DNA of 64,000 nucleotides from Takakia lepidozioides. Lineage: Eukaryota > Plantae > Bryophyta. Location: assembly GCA_030704615.1 (NCBI GenBank), contig CM060733.1, positions 73,222,001 to 73,286,000 of the forward strand, written 5' to 3'. This document shows, piece by piece, positions 24,991 through 38,400 of the stretch; positions within the stretch are counted from its first letter, which is position 1; the number at the start of each line of letters is the position of its first letter. A model generated the notes under the pieces. It made no database searches. It worked only from the letters and a program-made list of their open reading frames with translations, and was not told where the DNA came from. Made by a program: the position numbers and the translations under genes.

Positions 24991-25560
24991 GTGGTTAACT
25001 TGGAATTATTACTCTCACAGCAGGTCCTGGATACAACAACATGGGACACGGGTTTGGAGGAAACACCACCTAATGCAATTCTGCAGTCAGTACAAGCGTT
25101 GGGCCAAGTGACAACCTACATGGACAGAGCCAAGGATTACATAAGTCCGGAGAACCTTACCATGATCATGGACCACCTCAAAGAAAAACACCAGAGGGAA
25201 CTGGCAGCAGCACGAACCGTATGTAACCACAAGGCTACAATTGCGGCATTGGAGGATCAACAGACTACTATGCTTCGCCAGTACAACACCTTGATAGAAC
25301 GCCAAGACAAATGGGAATATTACAACAAATGAAAAGTCAATTGGCAAAATTGGTGACAGACATTCACGAGGAATTCCTGCCACCAATTCCAGAACAAGAA
25401 GAGCTCATGGACGAAGACGAACAAGAGGAACAAGATCATGAATGAGAAGCACCAATACAATCAACAACAACAACGCCAGCACAAACACCACCAACAGCAC
25501 AACCACCACAGCCTCAACAGGCACTGGTACAGGCCACAGAAGGGCCATCTATTCAGGAGG
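24991..25560 (+). pseudogene. Coiled-coil-like ORF fragment in the 3' internal region of the LTR element (antisense to it)
   Basis: ORF 24991..25332 lies directly inside the PPT and is cut by the repeat at 25583. Confidence 0.4.
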
Positions 25561-25977
25561 TAAATCCGTGCCATTACCAAGTACAACAACGCTACTGCGT
25601 GAGCGTGAGCTCACGCTATGCTGACATGGCGCGAGCGTAGGGGACCAGCAGCTGATGTGGCGTGAGCGTGCTGACATGGCAATGAACAACATGACATGGC
25701 AGTCAACATGCCTATGTGGCAGTCCACATGTCCACGTGGGATTTGGCCAACATGGCGGACGCCATGTCAACAGAAACATGTAGAGCCTATAGCCGAGGGA
25801 CCTATAGCCGTGGCATTCATTAAGGGTAAACAGGAAACGAAAACACCGGAAATGGAAAACCGGAAACGTATGCCGATGCATTCTTATCCATCCCATTTAT
25901 TTTGCATTGATCACACTACTAAAATGGCACACATTCCTCAGTCATGGAAATTGCATAGGACGAAAGTCAGCTTCTTC

Positions 25978-26875
25978 CTATGTGCTTCTATCCCGCTGCA
26001 TAAGTGTATTCACCTCGTTGAAACTCATGGTGGCCTGGTGAATGAAGATGTCACATTTGGGATCACAAATCATTCTATTCAAGAAGATAAAATAAAGATG
26101 CTTGCAGGGTACAAATTTGCCTCTATTTCCCAAACTTGTTGAAAGCATGCCAACAAAAGCAGGACAGGTGTAGTTGGGGAAATTTGAAACTGTGATGTCG
26201 TAGAATTTGTCATGGATAGCAGATGTAGAGGTCATCATAGTGTAGATCCGACCATACCCGGGATGTGCAACTTCTGTAGTGCCTGCAACACGTCCTAGAA
26301 GCATTCGAGCGGATTCCACCTTGCCGAAGTGCTCAGCAGTTGGAAGGAAACAACGAACTACTTTCCTATTTCTTTTTGTTGGCCATGCATCTAGGTTGGC
26401 TGGTGGCACTCTAGAACTTCTTGAAGTGGAAGCACTTGCACGCACAAAGGCTTCTCGCTGAAGGGAGAAGCCTGCCTCCTCCAACATTGCAATCTCCTGA
26501 CTTGTGAGATGTGTCCCCACCTTGACAAGCCAAACGCTTGGTGGAGGATTGATGGTCGCACGGTCCCACGCACGCACCTACCACAGTCGTCAGCGCAGAA
26601 CCAGAATTTGTGGTCCGGTTTCTTGATGGTTTTTGCTCCATGGAGGATGATATGTTGACCAAAGGCAGTGTTGTCAATACGGCCCTTTTGGTAGCTCTTT
26701 GAAAGGAGAAAGGCACCAACGAGGACAAATTGCGTCTTGATGTAGTGTACTTGTTGGCTGTTGAAACTACACCCCCATTGTAATGAGGCCAGCAGGTTGT
26801 GGGGGTCATACTTCTTCTACCTTTGATGTGGCTATGGCTATCTGAGCATTGCCTATTACTCAAATTCGAGCTCAA
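25978..26875 (-). mobile_element. SWIM zinc-finger ORF of a Mutator-like element, frameshifted
   Basis: YDITVSNFPNYTCPAF...FVPCKHLYFIF matches SWIM CxC...CxH with the first Cys read as Tyr. There is an upstream Cys-rich KFWFCADDC segment. Confidence 0.7.
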
Positions 26876-27447
26876 AGTGTACTATGAGAATCAAAACACC
26901 TGCAGAATTGCAACCTCCTCAACGAATCGAAGGAATTGCAAGCACCCTTCTCTCAAGGCTCCTCTCAAGCCTCCCTCTCAAGCCTTCCTCCCTTCTCTCG
27001 TCCTCTCTGTCAAGCCCTAACAAACTGCTCAATCTCACAAACGCAAAATCTCTGAATCGCAGAACCTTACCAATCTCCTCCTCCCTCTCGAGCTGTTTAA
27101 ACAGGGAGGTGAACTTTTGAGCAAGGCTTCGCCGACTCCAGGAGCCTCCCCTTTATACCTGGAGAGGTAGACCCATGCGATGGCTCAACATGGGTATGCC
27201 ATGCCACGCATGGCGGCACAACTCCCAAGATATGCCACGCGGCCGCCATGTGCGAGAATTAAGGGGCGACGACGGCGGGGCTAGGTTAGGGTTAATCATC
27301 TTTATGAGGGGAGGGCTCCCGTCAGGCGGCGCATATTTGCCATGGACATGGAAGGTTCTATGCAAACCATCAATGATGCACGGTGCAAATGACATCTAAT
27401 ATGATTTCATGCATGTGGGGGCATAAGCCATACCTCATTTACCGACA

Positions 27448-28525
27448 CGTGGTGAGCATGCAGGGTTTGCACGTTCAGGTAGTCAGAGTATGGGAGGCCT
27501 CCCTTGCCTGAATTAATTGATTGTACGCCAGGGCAATCAGCATAGCCCAGCTCCAGGTGGCCACAATGCGTAGCGGCGGCGGCAGGTACGGTGACTGTAG
27601 GTTAAATTATGGCCACGAGGGGAAATCTCCCGCTCCACGCGGCGCGACGATAATTCTGTTATTTTTATTTATTTTTGGAAAATGCGACGACTGCCTACAG
27701 AGTTTTGCAAAAAATAACTGTACATCCTGTTCATCCACTGAACTTCATCCTGAGCTAACTCAGAGACAGCTGTAACAATTACACCGACATGCTCCTCCCC
27801 AAGGTTTTCACCGAGAATAACTTCGTCGGGTAGACAGGCCACAATCCGGCCCTCAACGATGACGTCCATCTCGTCATTGAGAAGATTGCACATCTGATTA
27901 CGCCAAGTATCTCTTCCGAATATCTGATGTGCGCCTAATTTTGGCAGGGCTTCGCCGAGACAGGATGAAATGAGAGGGAGAATGAGCCCTTTATATAGTC
28001 TCACATTTGCATGCGGATGAAATCACCCATAGATGATGCATGAGCACGAGATAGCACGAGAATCATTTCCGAGGCAGGCTGAGTGCAAGCCCTGCCGTAT
28101 GAGCGACAAAGACAGGCACGTGAGTACAACCTCTACATGGCCGCCACATGGATGGAGTTCGTCTACGGTATACATGCACCATACATGCATTATGACATAC
28201 ATGCCATCTCAACTGTCCATTTTGCAGGGCAATCGCATCCGATCCGTCGGATTCAGTGGATGGTCTCGAAGCTCCCATGTCCATCACATCGCAGCGCCGC
28301 GCCGCGCTACGTGGAGCGGGAGATCTCCCCTCGGAGTCATAATTTAACCTGCAGCCACCGTACCCAGCGTCGGCGCCAGGTTCAATATAGCCGCCACCGC
28401 GGCATTGTGGCCGCGAAGAGCTTGGGTATGTTGATTGCTCTGGCGTACAAGCAGTAAATACTGGCACGGGGGGCCTCCCGTACTTTGACGTACCCGAACG
28501 TGCGTTCCCTGTATGCTGACCACAT
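27448..28525. repeat. Diverged inverted repeat, arms ~27448-27647 and ~28298-28525
   Basis: GGTACGGTGACTGTAGGTTAAATTATG...ATCTCCCGCTCCACG matches the reverse complement of CGTGGAGCGGGAGAT...CATAATTTAACCTGCAGCCACCGTACC. Confidence 0.75.
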
Positions 28526-28899
28526 CGATGCCATCTGAACCGTCCAATCCATCGGATCCGGTCTCCCGATACGATCCGTCCAATCCATCCGCATCTGATC
28601 CATCTGCCCATCCGATCCGTCCGATATGTCCGCATCCGATCCGTCTGATGTTTTTTTTATTGGCGAGTTTTCGCCAAATTTCAACCTAAAAAAATGAAAT
28701 GAAATATTCTGTCGAAAATTCCCAGTTTTTTCATGTATATTGTCGCAAAATAAAACCAAATAAAACTTAAACTATGGATGAAGTCTCCAAATATGGATGA
28801 AATATGTGGGTTATTCTAATGACAATTACGAAATGGCGGCTTACACATACAAAACTTCGAGACGGCCGCAAACTATCAGAGTTGCTCACAAAGTTTTCT

Positions 28900-31250
28900 A
28901 AAGAGCACGAGTCAGACACGGAGGATGACCACCTCGAAGGAGTTAAGAAATCACAGTATAAATGTTTGAAACGAGTTTGAAAGGGAGATGAGAACTCTAG
29001 GGGGAAGAAATTGATCCGACTCTTAAATTCGGAGTCAATTCAAGCAATAAACTCTGTGAGTTGTTGTGCTCGAAACTGTTGTCAACACTTCAGCTGGGAA
29101 AAAACTAAGGCTATCCAGAGTAAGTTCTTGGCATCTTCTTTTGATGCAAAGAGAGAGTTAGGGTTTGACATCCCCCGACGACTACACCGACTTCCAGGTT
29201 GTGGTCGTCATACCTACCTTACAATGGAAGGAATTGAGGTCTGTGAGAAGGCGTGGTGGACAATCCATGGAATGGGAACGTCAACGTACCATGGACACAA
29301 GAGGAAGAGTAATGATGGATACATCTCGTCAATGCATGGAAACAGAGGAATGAAGAAACCCCGAGCAAAAACCCTGCAGGCCGAGGCGAATTTGTTATCG
29401 CTGATTTCCAGAAACAGTGACCTCATGCCTCATAAAATGAGAGGTATCGGAGAAGGAAGGCAAGATGTTCTGAAGTTGCTGCCGGAGGAGATGAATTGGA
29501 AGGAGCTGAACCAACAGTCCAATGAGGTAGGATACTGTTTTCCAACCTAATCCGGATCTGCCTCTAGAAATATTTTTTCTACTTTCAAGGAGCGTATGTC
29601 ATGGGAGACCTCCCGTAATCATTCTGCTATGCGTGCTAATAGTTGATATCAAATCGTTAGCATATTAACCGATAGTCCATTGATGGATCGATCCCAACGA
29701 AGTTAGTCCATCTATTTAAGAACGAAAATTTGTTTTTGTCTTTCTTTTTGCATCTATCAAATTTTCATATCTCTTGGATTTAGATATTGGAAATTCGATC
29801 TCAATTTCAATGTCCACGGGAGGTCTCCCGTCCTAAATACGATACCAACTCTATATATTGTTGACAATTGGATCAACGAATGGGCTTGAAGTCATTGTCG
29901 AAGTCTGGAATTAGCCGAATTCGAACAAAACTTTTTGGGAATGTTGAGGTTCGGAAACCTGGTGGAAAATTCGCGAAATGCACAGATTGTGAGATGTTCA
30001 AAGATCTTATCCAGAAGTCAGTCAGCGGAACTGAGGAGCAGAGAAAGCACAAAAGGAAATTTGAGAGACATTTGAAGCATCAGGAGTCATGTCGCAGGCT
30101 TTATCATAGTTGGCGAAATGAATCAACGATGATGGGTGAGGAGTTTCTGTGTATTATACACGATAAGATGGATCACTCAAAGATTGTTGCCCCGGCTCCT
30201 CGTAACAAACAAGATGACATCTGGTCTCGGTCAGCTACCTATATCCCTAACAGGTATGGTGACTCATGGTCATGGTGACGATGCTTATGCTCAGTTCACG
30301 AACGAGTTTTGGCCAAGTGATCCTAACTTGACAATCAGCTCCTTGGCTTGTTGTCTTCGCGCTCTTGAGAAGCCCACATGTCGAGACTCAAGAGAAATTT
30401 TCGATCATCCAATGCAGAACTCTTTTTTCGAAACTCTAATGAAGGGAAAGTCTCGATGTGAGAAAGCACTGAAGCCTAGGGTATCCCAATGCCCTGTTCG
30501 AGCCAAGCCATTACCCCATCGACTATACCTGCAAATGGACAATTCTTCAAGAGAGAACAAAAATCGTTGGATGCTTGTTTTTTTATCACTCTTGACGGCA
30601 AAAGATGTTTTTGAAGAGATATAGCTTGGATTCTTGATGTTGGTCACACCCACGAGGACATTGATGCATACTTTAGTTATCTGTCAAAGAAGTTGAAATA
30701 GACGAGCACATATATCCTTCCGGATCTCATGCGCCTCTTTATGGAGATGGGAGCGATGCGCTAATCGGGATGAGTGACATGCACATCTTCAAGTTTTATG
30801 TGGATTGTGACGGTTGGCCTGGAAAGAAGTATAAGAAATCGACAACCAACGTTGACTGGCTTCCGAAGCAGGGTGTTGTCAAAATGTGGAAGGTTGTTGA
30901 GGATGATAGGTCTCCCCTGCTACCCCAGGGGGTCTCGGAACCTGTTCCACTGTAGCCTATTTGGGGAATAAAGCCAGACGCCAAGGAAAAAAATGCCAGT
31001 ATTGTAAATGGCTTTTCGAAGTACCCCAAATTCTGGAGACTTCCAGGATGGATCTCGACAAGAACTACGAAAATATCATGAAGAACTACGATGAATATTG
31101 GAAAGATGTTATACTTGAACTTGGTAAGCCATTGCCTGAGCCAAAGGACAAGCTGGAGGAGGGGTTTTGGCCTTCGACTCTGTGGAAAGATAACCATGAC
31201 AGAGATGGCCCCTGGGAAAGCAGGCCTCACAGAATGCTAGCCGTGAGCGG
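28900..31250 (+). mobile_element. Sola-like (DUF7869-type) DDE transposase, spliced, pseudogenised
   Basis: CCARNCC, EVCEKAWWTIHG, FAKCTDC, CIIHDKMD, THGHG, LYLQMDNSSRENKN and VGHTHEDIDAYFS. Intron at about 29527-29866; stops and frameshifts present. Confidence 0.75.
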
Positions 31251-31439
31251 ATTTCATGAGCAGAATTCTGCTCACGTTCGCAGGCTGACTATGAGAGTGT
31301 GGGGCCTATAACTACGGACACCAAAGGCACAAAGGGCCTATTACCGCGGGCAAGGTATGCCAAAGTTAGGGTAACAATGCGTATTTTTTCTCGCACAAGA
31401 AGTCCACAGATTGGATGATTATCCTTGCATTTTGCGTAA

Positions 31440-32370
31440 AATTCCTTTGCTGCATGGCTTAGCATGCTGAAGAAGTTTTGGAAAGAAGCCATTGTCCGCC
31501 AGGAAGAAGCCACAGAACTTGAAGACCCACGGCCGGTAACGATCGTCCCAAGCATTCCAGCTTGGGGTACTTCCTTGTGGAGGGACGTCGGGTATAGGGA
31601 GGTCATCAGGAATGTCAATAACTACAAGCTCACAAGCAAATGCCTTCTTCTCACCATTAACCCAAGATGGATCTCTTGCAGCCTACACAGAGTACATAAA
31701 AGTTAGTTAACATTTGAATTGAAGCAGAGTTACGCAGCAAAAGATTTCAGAAAAGCAACATAGTGGAGATTGTACCAAAGTCAGGAAGGAGGAAAGATCT
31801 TCCCAGGTGGCTGATTTCTCCACTCCCGCTCCATTCTTCGAGAGGCCATCATGTCCAGAAACCCTTCATTCATTGTCTTGTGAGGGCCAACAACTCTGCT
31901 TGGATGAGGGCGGGCCTCGTATGGGCGTTCAGTGACTTTGTGGCTCTGCCTTCTATTCTTCTTTTGGCCTTGAGGACCCCCAGTCTGTACAAGATCAGGA
32001 GCTGGGGGGTTTTCTATTGGTTGCGGGGGATTCTAGACCTCGCTGCCACCTCCTTGGTTTTTTCCCGCATATTATATTTTGGGGTGTCTCCCCTCTGAGG
32101 TTCTTTTGCTTTCAGCGCCTAAAGATCTCTCTCCTGAAGCTGCTGGTTGGTCATGGGGGCAATCAATGTTGCATTATCATTCAGGCTCAGATTTACCTCC
32201 TCCACAGGTATCTGATCCTTTGGGAGGTCCAAATACCATCCACAGTCCTCGCAATGAGCCCTGCACGGTGTACATGGTCTTTGGGGCGGCCGGGTTGGCC
32301 CATGTGTCAATGAAATCCGGGTAGGAGCTAAGGCAATTCTTTGGATGAGCACCCCGTAAATGTACATGTG
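31440..32370 (-). pseudogene. Paralog of the C-terminal half of the 59-64 kb ParB/MTase-like gene
   Basis: After an AG acceptor near 31683 the frame reads AARDPSWVNGEKKAFACELVVIDIPDDLPIPDVPPQGSTPSWNAWDDRYRPWVFKFCGFFLADNG, which is not in the ORF track. The upstream exon reads YPDFIDTWANPAAPKTMYT...DCGWYLDLPK. Both align by eye with 62650-63600. Confidence 0.85.
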
Positions 32371-32799
32371 AAGAAGACAGAGTCCTTCGTTTGCAATCCT
32401 GCAAGGAACTGGGTGTTGTAGCAGAGGTGGCGATCGTGCACTTGATAGGTAGTTTCTCGCAACTCACGCAAAATGAATCAATCGATTACTACATGATGGT
32501 TTAGGGGAGAGAAGATGAGAGGAGCTTTCCCGTGAAAACGTAACAAATGCATGTCAATATCATATATGAAACAAAGTAAGAGCTTTAAAACCACAATGGG
32601 TCGTGACTCCAAATTATTGGTAGAAACATTGAAATTTTTTTTTGAATTATTGAAACTTAAGGGATAGAAAAATCTTTGTCACATTGAGGACATGAAATAA
32701 CAAACAAAATGCATTGAACCAAGGTCAGATACAATGTCAAATACAATTTCAAGTACAATGTCAGCTTGCTGCTAGTGCTCTCAGACCTCCCCCCCACCA

Positions 32800-33790
32800 G
32801 GGGAGATCTCCTGTGCTCCATACGACAAGCGTCGAGCCGTCAGATTAAAAGAAAGTAAGATCTAGAAACATTCACATGAACTGGTCATCCAGAAACTAAA
32901 ACTGTCCGGTAAAACAACATTTATTTGTCACCCTCCGAATACCAAATAAGAATCCAGTAAATGCCGAACAGACGTCGAGACATAGCAGGGCCTCCCGTGC
33001 TACAACTGAAATCAATAGCACAATCGCGAAAATACACTTTAGAACGTCGGCGTCATAAGGCGCCACCGTTAAAATCGGAATAGTGAACGACATTCCGCTA
33101 GGGAACATATAAAGGTTTTGGACAAGACAAAATCCTCATCATCTTCAGAAAATGAAACATTTGCGAGTCCTTACTATATTCTTCAATGAGCTCTAAGAAG
33201 AATATAATAATCATGATCGGAAATAGTCAAGTCACTGTAGCACGGGATATCTCTTGAGCACTATGTGTAAGGGAGAAAACCATCAACCACCATGGGAGAT
33301 CGGCCGTCCGACATACGAAATGCGTGGACCCGTCAAACGGAAACAAAGTAAAATGTACAACCATTCACATCCACTGGTCATTCAAAAATTCATCATTTGG
33401 AGATCAGAACAAAAGCTATTTGTCCGCAGACCAAATAAGAATCCAGTAAGTAATATTAAAAAAACAACGAGACATACCACGGGAGACCTCCCGTGTTACA
33501 CCTGAAATCAATAACAACATCGCGAGGATACAATTTACAACGTCAGATTAAGAGGGGGCCACCGTTGAAATAGATATATAAAAGGACATTCCGCTAGGGA
33601 AGAAAATACGATTTTCGGACCCCGACAAATCCTTATCAGATAACGAACCAAATTGGGACTCATAACTATATTATTCAATGAGCGCTATGGTGAATGAGAA
33701 TATTAATCATGTCAGTCTGCAATAGTCAAGTCTCTGTAGCGCGGGAGATCTCCCGTGCTATGTGCGTAAAGGAAAATACAATCAACCAGA
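32800..33790. repeat. Diverged ~490-bp tandem duplication
   Basis: ACCAAATAAGAATCCAGTAA, GACATTCCGCTAGGGAA and AAATAGTCAAGTC each occur twice about 490-500 bp apart. Confidence 0.75.
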
Positions 33791-34064
33791 ACTAAACTTT
33801 ACTGAGATGCCGGCAGTCAGGGTTCAAATCGCTAGAGATATAGATGTTAAGAAATTGAAAGGTTGAAATGGTTGATACAGAGAATTCAAGGTCAACTTCT
33901 GATTGTCAAATGAGCTCCCACAAAAACCTAGCAATCACCAGTAAGATCAACATTAACACATATTGTCGTCAAATTAGCACGGGAGATCTCCCGTGCACCT
34001 CTCTCACTATGCTTAATCAGACTCGCTTTGATCGTTCGCAGCATATAGATTTGCTTTTGCTTTA

Positions 34065-34566
34065 ACTGCTTAGGCCTTTCCAATACGTCTAGAGCTCCAT
34101 TCGGAGGTGTTCTTCCGAGGACGCATTGTCCACACCACACTGTTCGTATGTATTCACTTTGGTGGATCAGATTCATTGAACTCCCAAGCTTTGTCCCAAT
34201 AGTTTCTATACCTGTCCACGTCCTCCGCTGCACCACTTTTAGGTCTCCACCACTCCAGAAGGACTTGCCGATATCTCTCATTTGAACGGTCATGAACAAC
34301 ATCTAAGATAGCCACACCCATCCAAACTGGATATGTCTCTGTGTCCGATGGTCGAACAAGTACGAAGTTTCCAATTTCAATATCTTTGAATGGGTTCATC
34401 GGCTCTTTAGGTCTCTGACTCTTTGGCCCACAATAGGCTTAATTCCCCAAATAGGCTGCAGTGGAACAGGTTCTGGCGCCCCCCTGGGGTAGCAGGGGAG
34501 ACCTCCTGTCCTCAGCAACCTTCCACATTTTGACAGCACCCTGCTTTGGAAGCTAGTCAGCCACGC
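34065..34566 (-). mobile_element. Second, inverted, internally deleted copy of the Sola-like transposase 3' end
   Basis: 34436-34566 is the reverse complement of about 30850-30975. It is joined to YCGPKSQRPKEPMNPFKDIEIGNFVLVRP...VWMG...LLEWWRP. Confidence 0.65.
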
Positions 34567-35435
34567 CGTGTGCTACTGGAATAGAAGCTTGCAATACGGT
34601 CTGTTCCGATCCACCCACTTTGCCATGGGGGGGTTTTCTAAGAATGGGAGAGCCCATGAATTCAGCTTCTTGTATGATAAAACAACTGAGATAACAGCTC
34701 ATGTTGTTCTCTCTAATGTACATATCCCCAATGACCTGCCCCAAGCTAGAACAGCAGCAGGATGACATCAGGGAATAATGATGTGGTGCAAGGCATGGAA
34801 CACTTGCAGGGCAGCAACATTGTAGTGTTGAATGTACTGCACCCTGCTTGAGCCATTCACAGATGGGGGACTATACAAGTGAGTCACATGGTGTTAGTTG
34901 GGGCATGAGAGAAACTGCCCATAAAATGCATCTACGCAAATAACCCACTCAACCAGCCAGAGCATCATCTATGCGGATTGCCAGATTCTTTTGGGGAAAA
35001 ATGAAAATATGATAAGTAGGGACCAAGCTTAAAAGCACTCCATTGGTATTCAATGGTCCATAAACACGAGCCTGCCCAATATAAGACCCACAAAATCACT
35101 GGGGCAATTATGTAATGTAAACTGGAAGGCACATGCACTTTGTCAACAATGTACCCAAAGGCAGAACTGATGTGTAAATTTGCATGCCGTTCCAAAGTCT
35201 ATAGTGACATAAATGTCATGACACGTTGCCAGACAGACACGCCATGTAAGTTGGACACCTCCAACACCCTGCAAAAAGGACACCCCCAAGGGCAACCCTT
35301 AGTGCCAGTCTTATGAATCCCACATTATTCATGAATCAACCGGGATTACATATTCAATTTTGCCCAATACCACCCTTCATATACTTGAGGTAGAGGAAGG
35401 CAGTTGGGGGGGGAAGTCATACCTCATTCTAGGTA

Positions 35436-38400
35436 CTAGTACACATCCACATCAACCAACTCCTCATCACTGGACTCTGAATCTCCATCGTAACTGTCCT
35501 CCGTGGGACATGGATGTGCTTCCTCAGATCGCATGTCTCTGTAAAGTGAAGCAACCTCTTCAGGTGTCACTTGGATGGTCTGGCCCACCCTGTCAATAGC
35601 AACATTGGTCTCTTCAATGTGATTGGGGGCTAAGAGGCCCGATACACTTGCAATATCATCGTTGCAAATGCTCACATCAGAAACAGCCCTGCGTGACCTG
35701 GGGTTTTTTTCCAGCACCACGTTCCATCTCGGTTCATTCACACACTCAGAGAAAAAAACTTGCTCGACCTGTGATGGGAGCACAAAAGGCTGTTCAAGTG
35801 GAGGCAACAAGTGGGAGAAATTCACCAATGTGAAGCCAGACTCGTCCTGCTTCATTGACACAGGCTGAGAGCCCACACGTCGTGCACGTACCCATGAACA
35901 CAATAGCACCGTGGTGTTTGTGGAGCCATAATCCAATTCTAAAATCTCCTTTATGACACCCACATACCGTACGCTTTCCACCACCTGCTCACGGTCAATG
36001 CAAGTACTGTCATGCTGGAAAACAGTAGAGACCCCCGAGTCATATGTCACAAAGGGGCTGTTGAGTCCATCTGAAGTAACCCTGAAGTAGTTTCCATAAG
36101 CCGACATGCTCTTGTATGATGTTGCGATTACTGATGGGGGTTTGGACATGTCCAACAATTTCTTGCAGGCTGAATCAGTAGCATGGTTGGCAACACTTGA
36201 CACATGCTGGCGGACTGCTTTTACCAGCCATTCTGCAAAGTGAGGGAGAGCACGGATCTTGTTTTGGTTAGTAGCATTTTCAGTCTCCAACCTGCATTTC
36301 TCCACCTCATAGGACCTGCCAACACACGCACAACCACAGAAATTTATCTAGTGCAACCCCTGCAGCCGATGGAAGAACTACTGCACACACACCTATACAA
36401 AGCATACCCATGCATAGCAGGTACCAGAACGTTTGCCACTTACCCCAACATAATGCTCAAACTGGGATGGTTGTGAATGACGTAGTCGTGGACAAGCTGC
36501 AACAATTCGAGGGTCAACCTCCGTGGTCGACCAACTCCTTCCAATACCCAGCCCGACACTGATTCCTCCTCTCCTGCATCCCACACTCTCCGCCTAGTAG
36601 CATCAACAGAAGACAAGTACTCTGTACAAAATCCCAATGCCTCGTCAAACATGTAGCCCTCCGCCATATTGCCCTCAGGCTTCGCCAAGTTTCGCACATA
36701 CCCTTTAAAATCCTTCATTGCTCTCTCCACCGGGTACATCCACCGAGAAGCTACAGGTCCACACAAATCCACCTCATCCACCAAGTGGATAAGTAAATGT
36801 GTCATAACATCAAAAAATGAGGGTGGGAACTCTTTCTCCAGAAGACAAAGAGTCACTGCCACCTCCTTCTTCAATTCCTCATGCTCGGTGGGATCAATGA
36901 ATTTTGCACAAAGCTTGTGAAACACATGGGACACTCTTAGTATGGCATTGCGAACCCCAGGCGCCATCAACCCACGTAGAGCAAGTGGGAGGATCTGTTG
37001 CATTAGCACGTGATAATCATGTGACGTCAATTGGCTCAACTTTTGTTTGACCACATGTTTTTTGAAAGCAGAGGCATAGCCAGTGGGTACTTTCAGATTC
37101 GTGATAATCTCCAGGAACACCCGCTGCTCTGGTTTTGTGAGCACATATGGCGCATCAGGCATTACCAATGTATCCACTCTGGTGGGATGGCGTCGTAACC
37201 AAAGAGGCTTTCGAATGCCCTGCAATTCCATATCGCGGCGAACTTGCATCGTGTCCTTCTCGCCGAAAATAGTCTTGATTATGTTCTCCGTCACGTTCTT
37301 CTCGCAATGCATGGTATCAAAAGTGTGGCGGATGATAAGATGCTGCACCATGTGGTCTAACAAATTAGACACATTGCAATGCAGTCATGAATGATGTTTA
37401 CAGCACAGGTTCAGTAAACAAACAATCATGCACAATGAAAAACCAATGCACTGTTTTGTTCCCAAAACACATGTGTGGTAATCGCACCTCCCAGTAAGGC
37501 AAGTCAAACAGAATGGACAATCGTTTTACGCCATGGAGCTTGGAGGGATCGTTCTGTGCGCCTACAGTCCCACCATCATCAATCGATTGTTTGTAATGTC
37601 GTGCACGCTCCTTGATTTCGGTGGCTGTCACTGTATGTGGAGCAGGTCTCATGTCTCGCGCCCCATTAAAAAGTCTGGATCTTCTATAGGCATGATTGTG
37701 GGGAAGATAGCGTCGATGCCCCTGGAATATCAATTTCTTACAAGCTGGGGAATATCTAGAATCAACTTGAGGTCCACATGCTGGACAAGCAGAGTACCCT
37801 TGGTGAACCTGACCTGATAACAAGCATAGGCGGGGAAGTCATGTATGGACCACATGAGGACTGCACGCATGTTAAAAGCCCGCTCTCCTTCAATGGCTGC
37901 CACATCCACGGCTGCAACTCCCACCCACAATGTCGTTAGCTCCTCCACTAGTGGTTGCAGGTAAACATCCACATTTTCACTTGTCACAGATTCCTTTCCA
38001 GGAATGAGGAGTGTTAACATGACAAAAAATTTCTTCGTTACCAACCATGGAGGTAGATTATAATTGAGCACCATGATGGGCCAGGTGGACCAAGAAGTGG
38101 ATTTGGTGCCATAAGGATTGACCCCATCCAGTGCCAATCCAAGACGCAGATTTCTTGGATCTGAAGCAAAATCCGGCCATGTGTTGTCAATATGGCACCA
38201 AGCCTTACTGTCTGCAGCATGCCGGACCATGCCATCTGCACTTCTATGATTGTTGTGCCACTTCATGAGCTCTGCCAACGTCTTAACTCGAAACATCCGT
38301 TTCAATCTAGGTATGAGAGGAAAGTATCGCAACACCTTCTTGGGCACCTTCCCACGGCCGTCCATGTATCGACGACTATGGCACTTGGGGCAATTAGCAG

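Noticed and set aside
18383-25849. The two ~300-bp direct repeats as LTRs of the DNMT retroelement
   Set aside because: No TG...CA ends, PBS, PPT or TSD. The second copy runs on into the SWIM element, and the first abuts gag coding sequence directly.
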